In this document: one piece after another, positions 40,653 to 41,211 of the stretch | How the letters are laid out: the number at the start of each line of letters is the position of its first letter | How positions within the stretch are numbered: the stretch's first letter is position 1 | Assembly: GCA_964372275.1 (NCBI GenBank) | Contig: CAYJRR010000023.1 | Span: forward strand, 1 to 41,211 | Direction: 5' to 3' | Length of the DNA: 41,211 bases | DNA from: an uncultured bacterium | GTDB lineage: Bacteria > CAYJRR01 | Program-made: the position numbers and the translations under genes | Notes under the pieces: model-generated | Database searches by the model: none | What the model saw: only the letters and a program-made list of their open reading frames with translations | What the model was told of the DNA's origin: nothing

Positions 40653-41211
40653 ATGATCGATCCGCGCGCGCGCGCCGTACGAGGACCCGCCACCGAAACC
40701 GCTCCGTCCGGGCCGATCCCCGGATCGGCGAAGGTGCATGTCGTCTCCGCGAACGATCCCACGGTTCGGGTTCCGATGCGCGAGGTGCGCCTCTCCGCGA
40801 CCCGCGTCGGGTCGGGACCGGAGGCGCGGCTGGTGCCAAACGCGCCGGTGCGGCTCTACGACACCAGCGGTCCGTACACCGATCCGGCGGCGGCGCTCGA
40901 TGTGCGAAAGGGGATCGTGCCCGTTCGCGGTGGCTGGATCGACGGGCGCGGCGATGTCGACGTCCTCCCCGGCGTCAGCTCCGCCTACGGACGCGCGCGG
41001 CTCGACGACCGATCGCTCGACGGACTGCGTTTCCACGCCACGCGCGCGCCGCGTCGGGCCAAGCCGGGCCGGCGCGTGACCCAGATGCACTACGCGCGCC
41101 GCGGGATCGCCACGCCGGAGATGGAGTTCGTCGCGCTGCGCGAAGGGGTCCCTGTGGAGTGGGTGCGCGAGGAGCTGGCGAGCGGCCGCGCCATCCTTCC
41201 GGCGAACGTCA
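40653..41211 (+). CDS. thiC: Phosphomethylpyrimidine synthase, 3'-truncated by the window edge (not in the ORF track)
   Basis: Manual translation: ...VRVPMREV...[13 protein letters not shown]...[24 protein letters not shown]...GRAILPANV. Confidence 0.92.
   Translation, partial: MIDPRARAVRGPATETAPSGPIPGSAKVHVVSANDPTVRVPMREVRLSATRVGSGPEARLVPNAPVRLYDTSGPYTDPAAALDVRKGIVPVRGGWIDGRGDVDVLPGVSSAYGRARLDDRSLDGLRFHATRAPRRAKPGRRVTQMHYARRGIATPEMEFVALREGVPVEWVREELASGRAILPANV

Overview
Very GC-rich bacterial chromosomal window with about 38 real CDSs; most long ORFs in the track are antisense or off-frame shadows. The gene content (FHA-GAF sigma54 activator, Hanks kinase, AgmC-like Gly-rich lipoprotein, alr-mlaEFD) suggests a Myxococcota/deltaproteobacterium-like organism; this is inference. 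In order: a truncated ATPase-TPR protein; two paralogous acidic lipoproteins; LTD lipoprotein-aspartokinase-DUF423-aldehyde dehydrogenase; an FHA-GAF-sigma54 activator plus Zn-ribbon/kinase/TM/SH3b Ser/Thr kinase, followed by a candidate sigma54 operon (small exported protein, 4-CxxCH cytochrome c, L,D-transpeptidase); a MoxR-DUF58-vWA (Bat-like) operon; lexA, rhodanese, an RHH/MazF toxin-antitoxin pair and a pseudogene; alr-mlaE-mlaF-mlaD; a CRP/FNR regulator; thiD; a ComEC-like MBL-FN3 lipoprotein; further lipoproteins; and the start of thiC. The best candidate for an undescribed system is a pair of ~620-aa exported paralogs flanking the Bat operon. They share a His...Cys pair resembling clan CD peptidases, and each has a small helical partner gene and a sigma54-type promoter. 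A second notable pattern is that many first genes of operons look leaderless (-10 box 6-10 nt before the start codon), whereas the candidate sigma54 genes have SD leaders.
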